From the NCBI RefSeq assembly GCF_004010195.1, contig NC_057719.1, positions 80,116,709-80,180,708 on the forward strand: a stretch of DNA of 64,000 nucleotides. Direction: 5' to 3'. The translations under genes and the position numbers were made by a program. Positions 50,060 through 61,300 of this stretch are shown here, piece after piece; the stretch's first letter is position 1, and every line of letters begins with the position of its first letter. The notes below the pieces were generated by a model. The model saw only the letters and a program-made list of their open reading frames with translations, was not told the DNA's origin and made no database searches. The DNA comes from Chiloscyllium plagiosum. Its lineage: Eukaryota.

Positions 50060-51075
50060 AAAGTGAGGACTGCAGATGGCGGAGAGTCAGAGTCAAAAAG
50101 CGCGGTGCTGGAAAAGCACAGCCAGTCAGGCAGAATCCGAAGAGCAGGAGAATCAATGTTTCGGGCATAAGCCCTTGATCAGGAATGTGGGGTGGGGTGA
50201 GATGCTGAGAGATAAGTAGGAGGGGAGAGTAGGGTGTATTAGTGGGAAGGAAGGTTGACAGGTAGGACAGATCAAGAGGGCGGTACCAAGTTGTAGGGTT
50301 GGATCTGGGGAGTTGAGGAAACTGGTTAAGTCAACATTGATGCTGTGTGGTTGGAGAGTCCCAAGGAGGAAGATAAGGCGTTCTTCCTCCCGTTGTCGGG
50401 TAGCTAGGATGTGGCGGTGGAGGAGGCCCAAAGGATCTTTCCACAGCCGGTAGAGATTTTCCTGCACATCCAAATACCTCATCAAATGAGCTAATTGCTC
50501 TCGATGTAGTCTCCTTTACCTCGGGGAGGCAGGACACCAACTCGCAGAATGTTTCAGGGAACATCTCTGGGACACACACAACCAACAACCCCACAGCCCT
50601 GTGGCCGACCATTTCAACTCCCCCTCCTATTCAGCAAAGGACATGCAGCTCCAGGGCCTCCTCCTCCTCCTCTGCCAAATCCAAGCCACGCAACAACTGG
50701 AGGAAGAACACCTCATCTTCCGCCTTGGGACCCTCCAACCACATGGCTTCAGCATTGACTTCACCAGTATCATCATCTCCCCTCGCCCCCACCTCATCCC
50801 CGATCCAACCCTCCAACTTGGCCCTGCCCTCTTGAATTGTCCCCAGGTCTGTCTATCTTCCTTCCCATCTATCCGTTCCACCCCACCCCCCCACCTGCAT
50901 CTACCTATCACCTTCCTAGCTACCTTCCCCCAAGCCCCATCTTCCTATTTATCTCTCGGCCCTCTTCCCACCCCCACACATTCCTGATGAAGGGTTTATG
51001 CCCGAAACTTCGATTTTCCTGCTCCTCGAATGCTGCCTAACCTGCTGTACTTTTCCAGGGCCACACATTTCGACC
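50060..51075. mobile_element. Penelope-like element with inverted structure (minus copy 50060-50430 joined to plus copy 50425-51075)
   Basis: The plus arm encodes NCSRCSLLYLGEAGHQLAECFREHL (YIG half of GIY-YIG) and HFNSPSYS...EEEHLIFRLGTLQP. The same tail occurs at both outer ends in opposite orientation. Confidence 0.85.
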
Positions 51076-51079
51076 CTGG

Positions 51080-51372
51080 TTGATGTTCAAATCCCATAAC
51101 TGCAGATTGTGGAAATTGAATTTAGTAAAATTCTGAAAAGAAGAGTCTGATGGTGACCATGAAACCATTGTCAATTGTCAGGAAAAAAAACCCTATCTGC
51201 TATACAAATGCCCTTTAGGTAAAGAAATCTACCATCCTTACTTGGTCTGGCTGACATGTAACTCCAGACCCACAGTAATATGGTTGAATCTTAACTGCCC
51301 TCTGGGCAATTAGGGATGGGCAATACATGTTGACCTCGCTAATGATGTCTGCATCCCAGGAATGAATTTTAA
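51080..51372 (+). mobile_element. Second tRNA-type SINE family; other copies at about 60185-60480, 36075-36280 and 2340-2440
   Basis: gttcaaatccc B-box, gaccatgaaaccattgtc, ccatccttacttggtctgg..ctccagacccacag, tail gggcaattagggatgggcaata. Confidence 0.7.
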
Positions 51373-53718
51373 AACAATTAAGTTTTGTGTTGTGAAAACA
51401 TCCAATTCTTTATCTTAACTTGCCAACCTTCGTTCAGGCAATAGCACTGAGTCAGAAGGCTATAAGTTCAAAGACCATGCTGAGAGACAACTACCATCTG
51501 AACACTTCAGTACAGTACATTGAGCACATTAAAATGAAACACACTGTTCTCTCAGGTGAGCAGAAGAGATTCCACAGCATTGCTCAAACAGCAGGCAAAG
51601 CTGTCAAGGTACTCTAGCCAATATTCAACCCTCAAACAGTGATAATGACTATTACTAAAGCATACCATTGTGACATTGTGAAAAGCAATACTTAAAAATA
51701 CTTACTTTCAACAGATACTGCCATGAGATCGGGGTGGGGAGGTGGTCAAGAAAGATACAGTAAAGCTCCAAAAATGGTTTCCAGCAAAGAGCTGCTTCTA
51801 CACAACGAAAATCCGAGAAGGATTTCACAGACACAAAATTAAGGTTGCGACATGCAAGAACCAGGAACTGAGAGAGGGATGGTGATTAAGACACAATTAA
51901 ACATGATGTGGGCATAAGTACAGCCTACACAAAGTATGAGTAACCACTTGAAGTGAAACGAAGTCTGTTCTGCATTCTAAATCTCAGAGGCTTCCCACGA
52001 CATAGCCCAATGCGGATTTAACAAAAACAAAATCCCCAGTTAAATTTATGAAAATGAACAATCCAACTTCTTTTTTCAAGAATTGCAATCACTTTCATCA
52101 AAACTCCCACTGATGAAACGTAAGATTAATTCCAATAAGGAGACTAAATGTGGTCTATCCAGGCACAGATTGGGCTTTGTTTTGCTGGGTTCCTCAGTGA
52201 GATTCCCACAGCATAACGTTCAAAGAGGCAGAACCAGAACATATAGTTGGATAAGCACAAAGTCTGAGCCCTGTTATTAGAAATACTGGTCCCTAGGACA
52301 CAAGAATTCTAATTCATCACAAATTTGTGCCAAAGTGCTTGCATCTAGGGACGGGTTGCAGGTTAACTGTGTTGAATTCACAGCATATCTGGCTTGGAAA
52401 AGATGGGACATTGTAGATGGTGCTTTACTTAGTGTCTAACCTATGCAGTTCCAGAAGTTTGATGGAGTGTTTAATGGGTCTGTGTTGAACAGATAAAAGT
52501 TTTACTCTACATCTAACCAATGCTATAACTGTCTCGGGGTATATTTGATCTTAAAATAAGCGCACTACGCCAACAAAGTGGTGACAGGAAGCAGGTGCTG
52601 TGACTGCATCGGTTTCTCAAGATGCCCTTTGAAAAAATTTAGACTTTACTGTCATAAAGGAGTTCACTGGAAAGACCAGCGGATTTCACAGAACGCCAGC
52701 ATTAGGAATGCCAGAGCTAACCAGCCACTAAGCTAACTCAGCGGGTGAACACCCTTTGGTAGAGTGCTGAGCAATACTAGTTCAGAAAAGCTGCAGGCCT
52801 AACCAGCCATTGTGTTTAATAGTATCAACTCGATCAGAGCTGGGCACTATCACTGACACTGGTCAGAGATTTCCATTGAAACGGGCATGAAAAAGGCTTC
52901 AATCTTCCAGAACTGAGAGGAAAAAAAAAAATCAATTAGGGCTCCCATTACTGACAACAGTAATTTAGCTGTGGTGAAAAGCATTCATGCAATGAATAGA
53001 AAATACATGAAATGAATAGAGAATACATGAAAATAGACAATTCTGACAATACCTTCTGTGTTAGCGTTTGAACCCCACACTAGCAATAATCCTGCCCTTT
53101 TACATTTCCTTATCCACCTTGATTTGAATCTTACATACCTACGTCCCCTTATTCTTGAACTAGCCACTGGAAAGAGTCTGTTTTCATTTACTTTAGACTC
53201 ATGGAGTCTTACAGCATAGGCTTATCGTGTCTTGATTGCTCATCAAGCACCTAATTACTATGTACTAACCCTTTATAATTTTGAATGCTTCTGTGCTCAT
53301 GATCTGCAGCATTAATAAAGTTCCATTTCCTCACAACCCGCAAAGTCATTCTTCCTCAAATGATACAGCAGTTCCTCCAAGCCAAGATATCACATTCTCT
53401 GCTCAGTGTGACGGCCTCGATATGGTCGAGACTTGTGGCAAATTAAATGACAGCTTTCAAAAACTTGCACAGAGCTGATTCAGAAGAACCTCGGTGTCAC
53501 TTGCCAATCCCATTCTGCCAAAGTGTATTCCAGAGACACCCACTGGTTTAATGAGAGGCTCCAGTCTTGTCTCTGTAGGTGGCACATTTGCCTCAAAACT
53601 GTGGCGTTCCCAAGAAGTTAAGCCCATAAATCCACTATCTCTCCCTGAGCAGTACTGAGCGAATGTTGGATTGTCAGAGGTGCCACATTTCAGATGTGAA
53701 GTTAACTTGAGGTCCTTA

Positions 53719-53812
53719 CTGAAGGAGGGTCACAGGACCTGAAACATCAACACTGCTTTTTCTCCACAGATGCTGCCAGGCTTGCTGATTTTCTCCAGCA
53801 ATGTCTGTTTAT
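53719..53812 (+). mobile_element. Family C Penelope-type terminus inserted into a Deu-SINE; related fragments at about 19085-19150, 32880-32975, 48575-48660 and 59275-59460
   Basis: ctgaaggagggtcacaggacctgaaacatc..tctccacagatgctgccag..ttctccagcaat, with an exact 12-bp flanking duplication. Confidence 0.65.
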
Positions 53813-55434
53813 GGTCCTTACTGACCTCTCAGGGAGACACAAGAGATCCCAAAAAGGACAGGACTGTACATGTTATTGTGCTTGACCAATGTTTACCCAG
53901 ATTATCTGGTCATCACATTGGCGTTTGCCAGAGTATGCGCAAATGGGCCGCTCTGTTTCCAACATTAAAGACCTCAAAATTATTTGGTGGTGAAGCCAAT
54001 CGTGAAAGGTGTTGCATAAATACAACTTGCTACCCTCCTGACTTCTGTCTGACTAATTGTGAACAAAGCCCATTCGAAAGCTGATTTATTTTGGTTGAAA
54101 AATAAATGACCCAGTTTAGCAGATCTGAATCAGAGATTTCAACACGATTTTTTAAAAAAAACCTGAAAATGGCTGTAGGTTCTGTCAACGGGTGGATCCT
54201 GAAGGTGTTCATGTGACCCTCCTTCCTCAGAATTATTGGCCTATGGCCTTTAAAAGTATTAGATACTGACAGCCAGTCAGCCAACCCAGTTTGAGAGCTG
54301 GCGCATTGACTGGGGCCTGTGCTATCGCAGAGTACAGTACATACTTTGCTTTAGTGATCTCTATCAGGCATTTCGCTTTCTTCTGGCGCTGTCAGCTTCG
54401 TCTAAAAACTTTTGCTGCAAGCAGGCAAGTTTGCCGAATTTTTTTTTAAAACAAAAGGAAAAAAATATCTCTCATCATCTCTGGCGATAAAACACACAGC
54501 TGTCAAAGTAGCCCCCAGGTTTGGTCGGGCGATATTTCGCTTACCACTCCCTCCCCCCAACCACCAAACTTTGCCCCCGGCCTAATCAGTAGACAAATGA
54601 AGCAGAAGGCGAGGCCTGGTCATGTTTTTTGTCTTGTCGTTACAGTTTGTTTGATCGAAGAAAAAAAATCGGCAAACTTAAAGCGACTAGATACAGTAAT
54701 AGTTGTAGGCGGACAGGCCACAACCTGAGAATGTATCTTAAATATCCCTGAGATACTGAATCCTGTGAGCTAACCTGTAACTAAGCCCTTTAAAACACAC
54801 AAAAGATGCTCCCTATTCGATCGCAATTGGGGAAATTGAGAGCAGACCCAATCGCCATTTAAAAATGGTTGTTAAAGTGTGTGTTATGATCTGGATCGAA
54901 ACATTACCCTGGTTGCGAAATATTTAAAATAAACTTTCTCTCACCCGGGTGATATCACTCAGTGTAGTTTTGATTTTGCTGTATTTTGTCTGAAACACCC
55001 AGAGGGTTTGACAGCAATAACAGTGACAAGCTCTTCAGATCAATCTACTCAGACACACTCAGCTGGTTTTAATTCAGTTTGCTCCTCTCCACCGCTCTGC
55101 CCACCACCGTTGCAGTGACCCGGGGGGAAGAAGCCAGCAGCAAGCAAATTTGCAACTGAAACCGAGCTTAAAATAAAACAAAAATTTGATCATCCAGAAA
55201 CTGCCCAGTCGCCGCAAAAGCAGGCCGAGCTGAAACTGACCATCCCCCCCGCAATCCAGACCGTGTTGAAATTGACTATCCTGAAATTGACCAGCCTCCT
55301 CCCGCAAATCCTGATCGTGTTGGAATTAGCTATCCTGAAATTGACCAGCCCGCATTCCCACCCCCAACCCCCCAAAGAAAAAAAAAGCCAGGCCCAGCTG
55401 AAAGTGACAAAGAAAAGACAGGATTGAAACTTAC

Positions 55435-55650
55435 CTCCGAGTGAAGCGATCGCCCGGTTAGCAGCACAGACAGACATTCACACTGTATCCCATGGCAGAC
55501 ACAGGGGAGTTTCCCAGGGAAGGAGCCAGTGTATCCAATTGCAGAATGTATCCGAACAGAAGGCCGTGTATCAGAATTCCAAAATGTATCCGGCCGCCAG
55601 TGGAGCTGAGCAGGGACCGTGGATCCAATCGCACCTCCACTCCGCACTTC
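55435..55650 (-). other. SUSD6: Probable non-coding exon 1 of SUSD6 (5' boundary uncertain)
   Basis: Consensus donor GAG|GTAAGT at 55434 inside the CpG-enriched, repeat-free region upstream of exon 2. Exon 2 has an acceptor, so an upstream exon is required. Confidence 0.65.
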
Positions 55651-55850
55651 CTCCTCCAAACATCTCTCAGCAACTGCAGTCGTCACAGCTTCCACCAATG
55701 AGAACACAGGGTCAAATCGGTCATGTTTTGGGTTTGCGAATTCTTAAAGGAACAAATCCTCCGTCTTTTTCGCCTGTTTATCACCAGCACGTTTTCCATC
55801 AGTTTGCAACGATGACGTTTGCACAAAAGGACTGAAGTCGTCTGTGTATT
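55500..55850 (-). promoter_or_regulatory. Candidate SUSD6 promoter
   Basis: CpG enrichment; CCAAT at 55625-55629 and 55695-55699; ETS core CACTTCC at 55645-55651; NF-kB-type GGGAGTTTCC at 55505-55514; TGACGT near 55813. No clear TATA box. Confidence 0.5.
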
Positions 55851-56179
55851 TTAAGAGCATTCCACTTTAGAACACGGTGGCTGTATTTGCAACTCCGAAC
55901 CAACAAGCCGGGTGCTGCTGTTTGGTGATTCAGTAATGGCCTTCTGGCTTCATGGATTCGACCCCTTCCCCACGGGCTTGAGCAGATCTTCCAGCCTGAC
56001 ACACCCAGAGCAGTGCTGAGGGACTGCTGGAGATGTCTAGCACTTGAGTCGACAAACCTGCCCTTTCAGGTGGACTTTAAAGCTCCCGCGTCCCTACTCG
56101 AAAGGCTTTCCACAAGTATCTATCCCTCAGCGCCCAATCACTTAAGATTAGAAAACCTGGCCATAATCTCAAGTGTTTA

Positions 56180-56800
56180 GCATGCTTTGCCTTCATTGCT
56201 CAGGCCATTGAGTATAGGAATTGGGACATCATTTTGTGGTTGTCCAGGAAGTTGATGAGGCCACTTTTGGAGTACTGAACTGTGTACTGTTCTGGTGGCC
56301 CAGTTATAGGAAAAATATAATACATTGGAGATGGTTCAGAAAAGATTCACTAGGATGTTGCTGGGCAGGAGGATTTTGAGTTATATGGATAGGCTGGGAC
56401 TTCTTCCACTAGAGTATAAGGGGTTGAGAGGTGACCTTATAGAGGTATACAAAATCATGAGGGGCATAGATAAGGTGAGTAGCAAAGGTCTTTTCCCTAG
56501 GGTGGGGGAGTAGAGAATTAGGGGATATATTTTTAAGGTGAGTGGAGAATGATTTAAAAGGTACCTGAGGGGCAACTTTTTCACACACATGGTGTTGTTC
56601 ATATGTGGAATGAACTGCCAGAGGAAGTGATAAATGTAGTTACAGTTACAACATTAAAAATACATTTGAATAGGTAAATGAATAGGAAATGTCTAGAGGG
56701 ATATAGGCCAAATGCAGTCAAGTGGAACTAGTTTAGTTTGGGAGACACGATCGGCTTGGACAAGTTGGATGGAAAGGTCTTTGTGTGCTTTATGACTCTC
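56180..56800 (+). mobile_element. CR1 LINE 3' fragment splitting a Deu-SINE
   Basis: VQKRFTRMLLG..LRGDLIEVYKIMRGIDK; SINE halves lie on either side. Confidence 0.9.
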
Positions 56801-57535
56801 TGACCCATTGTGTTTTGTGGGATCTTGCTGTGCATTAATTGAAAGTATTGTTTTCCTGTATTACCATGCCCTTTGAATCTTTGAGATTTTAACATCGCCC
56901 TTTGGAAGCTTTGGACACCTCCTCCTGCTGGGAATTGACAACCTTAAAGTTTAGACAAACATGTTTTCTAAAGTGTAAAATTAATTTTCTTTGCCCTGGA
57001 GAACATAGCCTAACAAAATTTACCATGTAAATAGGCAACTTAATTACAGGGGCATCAGAGGTTACTAATGGCCCTTGTTACAACCAGTCCCTGGAGTGAG
57101 GTTCACCAATTTATTACAGTTCTACACTGGATACCTCAAACTGTCAAGCTCTCATCTGAGGAGGGATATACTGGGTCTCCCTGTTCTCTCCAGCTTTGGA
57201 TTGGTTGCAACAAGGGGTTAACCTGAAAAGGCTCCCTTCCTTTATTGATGCTGGAACCAAATGAAATTACGTATTGAAAAACATTATCTGTTATAAATTT
57301 AACCAGGCTTTCTTCATTCACCAAAAAGTGTTTATTAGTTACAAAAAACAAGGAAAAATAAAAACACAACACCCATACACACACACATTAGAAATGAGTT
57401 GAGATCAAAAGAGAAAAGATAAAAGCAGATGTATGTGGATCAGTCTGTGAGTTCCATGAAGAGTAGACAATGGGATCTTGTGGCAGTTATGTTGGCTGAT
57501 AACAAAGTGCTGTTGTTTACAGGTTAGCAGTTGAA

Positions 57536-57790
57536 GGGTGGTATGGTGGCTCAGTGGTTAGCACTGCTGCCTCATAGCATCAGGGACCTGGGTTCGATTC
57601 CAGCCTCGGGTGACTGTCTGTGTGAAGTTTGCAAATTCTCCCCAGGTTTCCTCCCCAGACCAAAGATATGCAGGTTAGGTGAATTGATCATGCTAACTTG
57701 CCCATAGAGTTATGGGGGAATGGGTCTGGGTGAGTTGCTCTCCGGAGGGTTGGTTGGGCCAAAGGGCCTGTTTCCACACTGTAGGGAATC
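57536..57790 (+). mobile_element. HE1-like V-SINE
   Basis: Head, V-domain and tail as in the other copies. Confidence 0.85.
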
Positions 57791-58100
57791 ATATCTTGAG
57801 ATGTGTGGCTTTGTCAGTCAGTTCCTTTTGACTCCAGACTTGCCCCTTGTCGGTTTCCCAGCAAAAAGAGAGAGAGACTTCATTTCTTTAATCCCCCGCA
57901 GTGCAGGGATGGCTGAAGGTTTTCTCATATGTGACCCTCACAGCATGCACCTTCATCCATTAGCAAACATTAGTGTTTAACCTCTGTTCATGTGTATTGT
58001 CTCATTTTTTCTCTCTCTGACAGTAACTATCACATGACAGAAATAAATCAAATCAAGTCAATCTCTAAACTCTGCCTACGTATTTCTCTCCGACTAGGTG

Positions 58101-58307
58101 AAAGTGAGGACTGCAGATGCTGGAGATCAGAGTCAGATTAGAGTGGTGCTGGAAAAGCACAGCAGGTCAGGCAGCATCTGAGGAGCAGGAAAATCGACAT
58201 TTTGGGCAAAAGCCCTTCATCAGGAAAGGCTTTTGCCCAAAACGTTGATTTTCCTGCTCCTCGAATGCTGCCTGACCTGCTGAGCTTTTCCAGCACCACT
58301 CTAATCT
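58101..58307. mobile_element. Short palindromic Penelope family A derivative
   Basis: 80-nt inverted arms at 58135-58214 and 58228-58307, made of the same tail as the PLEs at 40200 and 50060. Confidence 0.8.
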
Positions 58308-61300
58308 ATTTCTTTCTGACAGTCAAGAGATCTATAATACACTCCCAGCAATGGGATTGCTCCTTTTTGGTTTATAAGTTCTGGCCTTATGGCTTCATTT
58401 GAGGGGCTTGCTAAGATGTCATCCCTCCTTGTTGTTGTAACTGATTCTCTGATCAATATTGCAACACCTCCTCTTCCTCCTCTTTTACTTCCTTCACTGA
58501 AGACCCTGTATCCTGGAATATTGAGCTGTCAATCCCACCCCTTTCTTCAGCCATGGACAGCAATGACATAATGCGCCCATGTTTTAATTTATGTCCGCAA
58601 CCATCTGCTTTGTTCATCTGACTCCTTGCATTAAAATCAATACCAACTAACCTTGCCAAACTCTCTTGTGTTTTCACTGGTCTATAATTTCTGTGCTTTC
58701 CTGGCATCCTTGCTGTTTCTTCAAATCTCCTCCTTAATGATTCCCACATTTTCCCAATGACTGATGTAGGCTAACTGGCCTATGGGTTCCCAGCCTCTTG
58801 ACTACAAACATAGTTACATTGACTGATGATAGGAAGAACAATGAGAACATCACGGTATCACCTCTGAGTTCCCATCCATGTCACGCACCATTCTGACATA
58901 TACCTACTGTCCCTCCGTATTTTTTTTTTGAGTCATTTGGAATTTCTTACCATCAGTAACAATGGTATCACTGTAAAGACTGCAACAGATCAAGAAAACC
59001 CACAACCATAACTAAGGATTGATAATCAGTATTGGCTTTTCAGATGGGCATAAAAATATCCATTGCACTATTTTATTTCAAAGGAAAGCTGAGGAATTAT
59101 CCCTGGTATCGTGGCCAATATTTATCCTTTAAACAGCATTACAAAAGACAGATTATCAGGTCATTTATTATTCATTATCACATTTCTCTGTGTTGGAGCT
59201 TGCTGTCCATAAATTGGCTGCCCCAAATCCCCTACCTTGCAGAGGTACTACACTTGAAAAGTAATTCATTATAACAAAAAGCAGAAATTTCTGGAGAATT
59301 GTCTGGCAGCAAAAGTGGAGAGAAAACAGAGTGAACCTTTCCAGTCCGGTGACCTCTCTTTGGAGCCACTAGACCCGAAACATGAACCCTGCTTTCTCTC
59401 CCCACAGATGCTGCCAGATCTGCTGAGTTTCTCCAGCAATTGCTGTTTTTGTTTCAGATTCCCATTGTGCACAGTTTTTTGTTTTATCTTAATTAATTGT
59501 AAACTGCTTTGTAATGTCCTGAAGTCATGAGAAGTACTGTAAAAGAGCAAGACGAGAAGGAATTTCTCTGCGATTTGCTTACCTTTGGAGTTCTGTACTC
59601 CTGTGAGCAGTGAGGGTGGGCTATGGAATATCATCATGGTTGATTTGGGCAGTTTTTTTTTGTTTGATAAGGGAGCCGAGACTTCTGGGGACAATAAAGT
59701 AGCCACAAGCAGGTCAGCATGATCTTATCAGGTTGTAGTGGACTCAATTGGCCAAATGGTCCACTCCTGCTCCTATTGCTTGTGAAATCTTTTTTTTTTC
59801 TTCTAGGTGCTATATTTTAGAAGGCACTGCCGAAAGGGCAGATTATGCTTCCATTTTTCCAGACAGGAACTGGTGGTTGTGATTCTGTTATCGCCACTTA
59901 CATCTCTTTTCGATCCATTGCTTGATGTTATTTACCTCATTACCACTCTGTGGCTCAAATCCTGGCACAAGCCCTGTCACAGAACTTCCCACTTGGTACT
60001 TTCTCCCACCTGCACATTTTTCGTGCTAAAATCTATTGATTTCAAATTTTTTTTCCCAGGACAGAAAGAGGAAATTGATCTGAAATGTTAGCTGTTCCTC
60101 CCTTCACAGCTGCGGTTGGACCAACGATTATTTCTAGCGTTTTTAGCTCTTTTTACAGAGCATTTGAGGGAGACAATCTTATAGCAGTAACATCACTGGG
60201 CTAGTAACCTAGATGGCCAGGCCAATGCTCTGGGAGTCCTAGGTTCAAATCCCGTCATGGCTGCTGGAGCATTGAAGCTGGTCTCAGTTATAATCATCAT
60301 GAAACCATACTTGATTATTTGTAAAAGCCAAATTGTTTAGGGATAAAAGTCTGCTGCCCTTATCTAGACTGACCTACATGTGATTCCAAATCTACAGCAG
60401 CAATGTAAATAAATCTCAACTACCCTCTGCAATGGCCTAACAAACCATTCAGTTCAGGGGCAATTAGGAATGGACAACAATCCATTGCAAGAATTTTTAA
60501 AAAATGCATTTATCTTCCAAATCTGGGCCCCAGAACAAGTTATTGGGTAAATGCATTACGCTGTGAAGCAATTTGCAATGGGGAAGTGTTAGCTTCAGTC
60601 TGTGGTTTCTCTTTGTAGCAGTTTGGATGTGTTCTTTCTGCTTCTTTGGGAGAGATGAAGAAGGTTGAAGCAGAAGACAGATAACTCACCAACTAGTGCT
60701 GTCCAGTGGAGGTCATTGATAAACTATGGGTGCAGCTTGGTTTTAGTTGCATGCATGAATTTTCACAGAAAACCTCTCACAAAGCAGGTGATTGTTGACA
60801 TTTCTGTATTTACTTAAACAAATGTCTAATATGATTCAGTAACCAGAAGGGTTAATCAGTCTCAACAGTCAAAAAGGCTCACACATTCTACATTTCAGTC
60901 TCGCATTGAATCAAGTCAAGAAAAACAGGGGCAAAGGGAAAGTGAAAGTAAGACAACATAGGGATTAATTTTGCTTCTCTTAAACAAATAAATGCCATCT
61001 ATTAAAATGGCAAATTTGATCTCAAATGCACTTAGCATGCAGGAAATTGCATAGTTAACAGACTTTTCAATTCTATGGAGAGACATTTACAGATGAAGGA
61101 ACAGAGCGAGACAATAAGATAAGTCCTTAAGTCAGATTCGCAGATGCAAAGACTGAGAGATGAAACAGAGAGGAGTCTAGAAGTTTGACACAGTTGGGTA
61201 TGTGTGTACAAATAAGTGTATATTGACAGACTGCAAAGTAGACAAACGCACACTTATAGACGCAAAGAACAAACAGAGAGAGAGAGAGCGCAATGAATCC

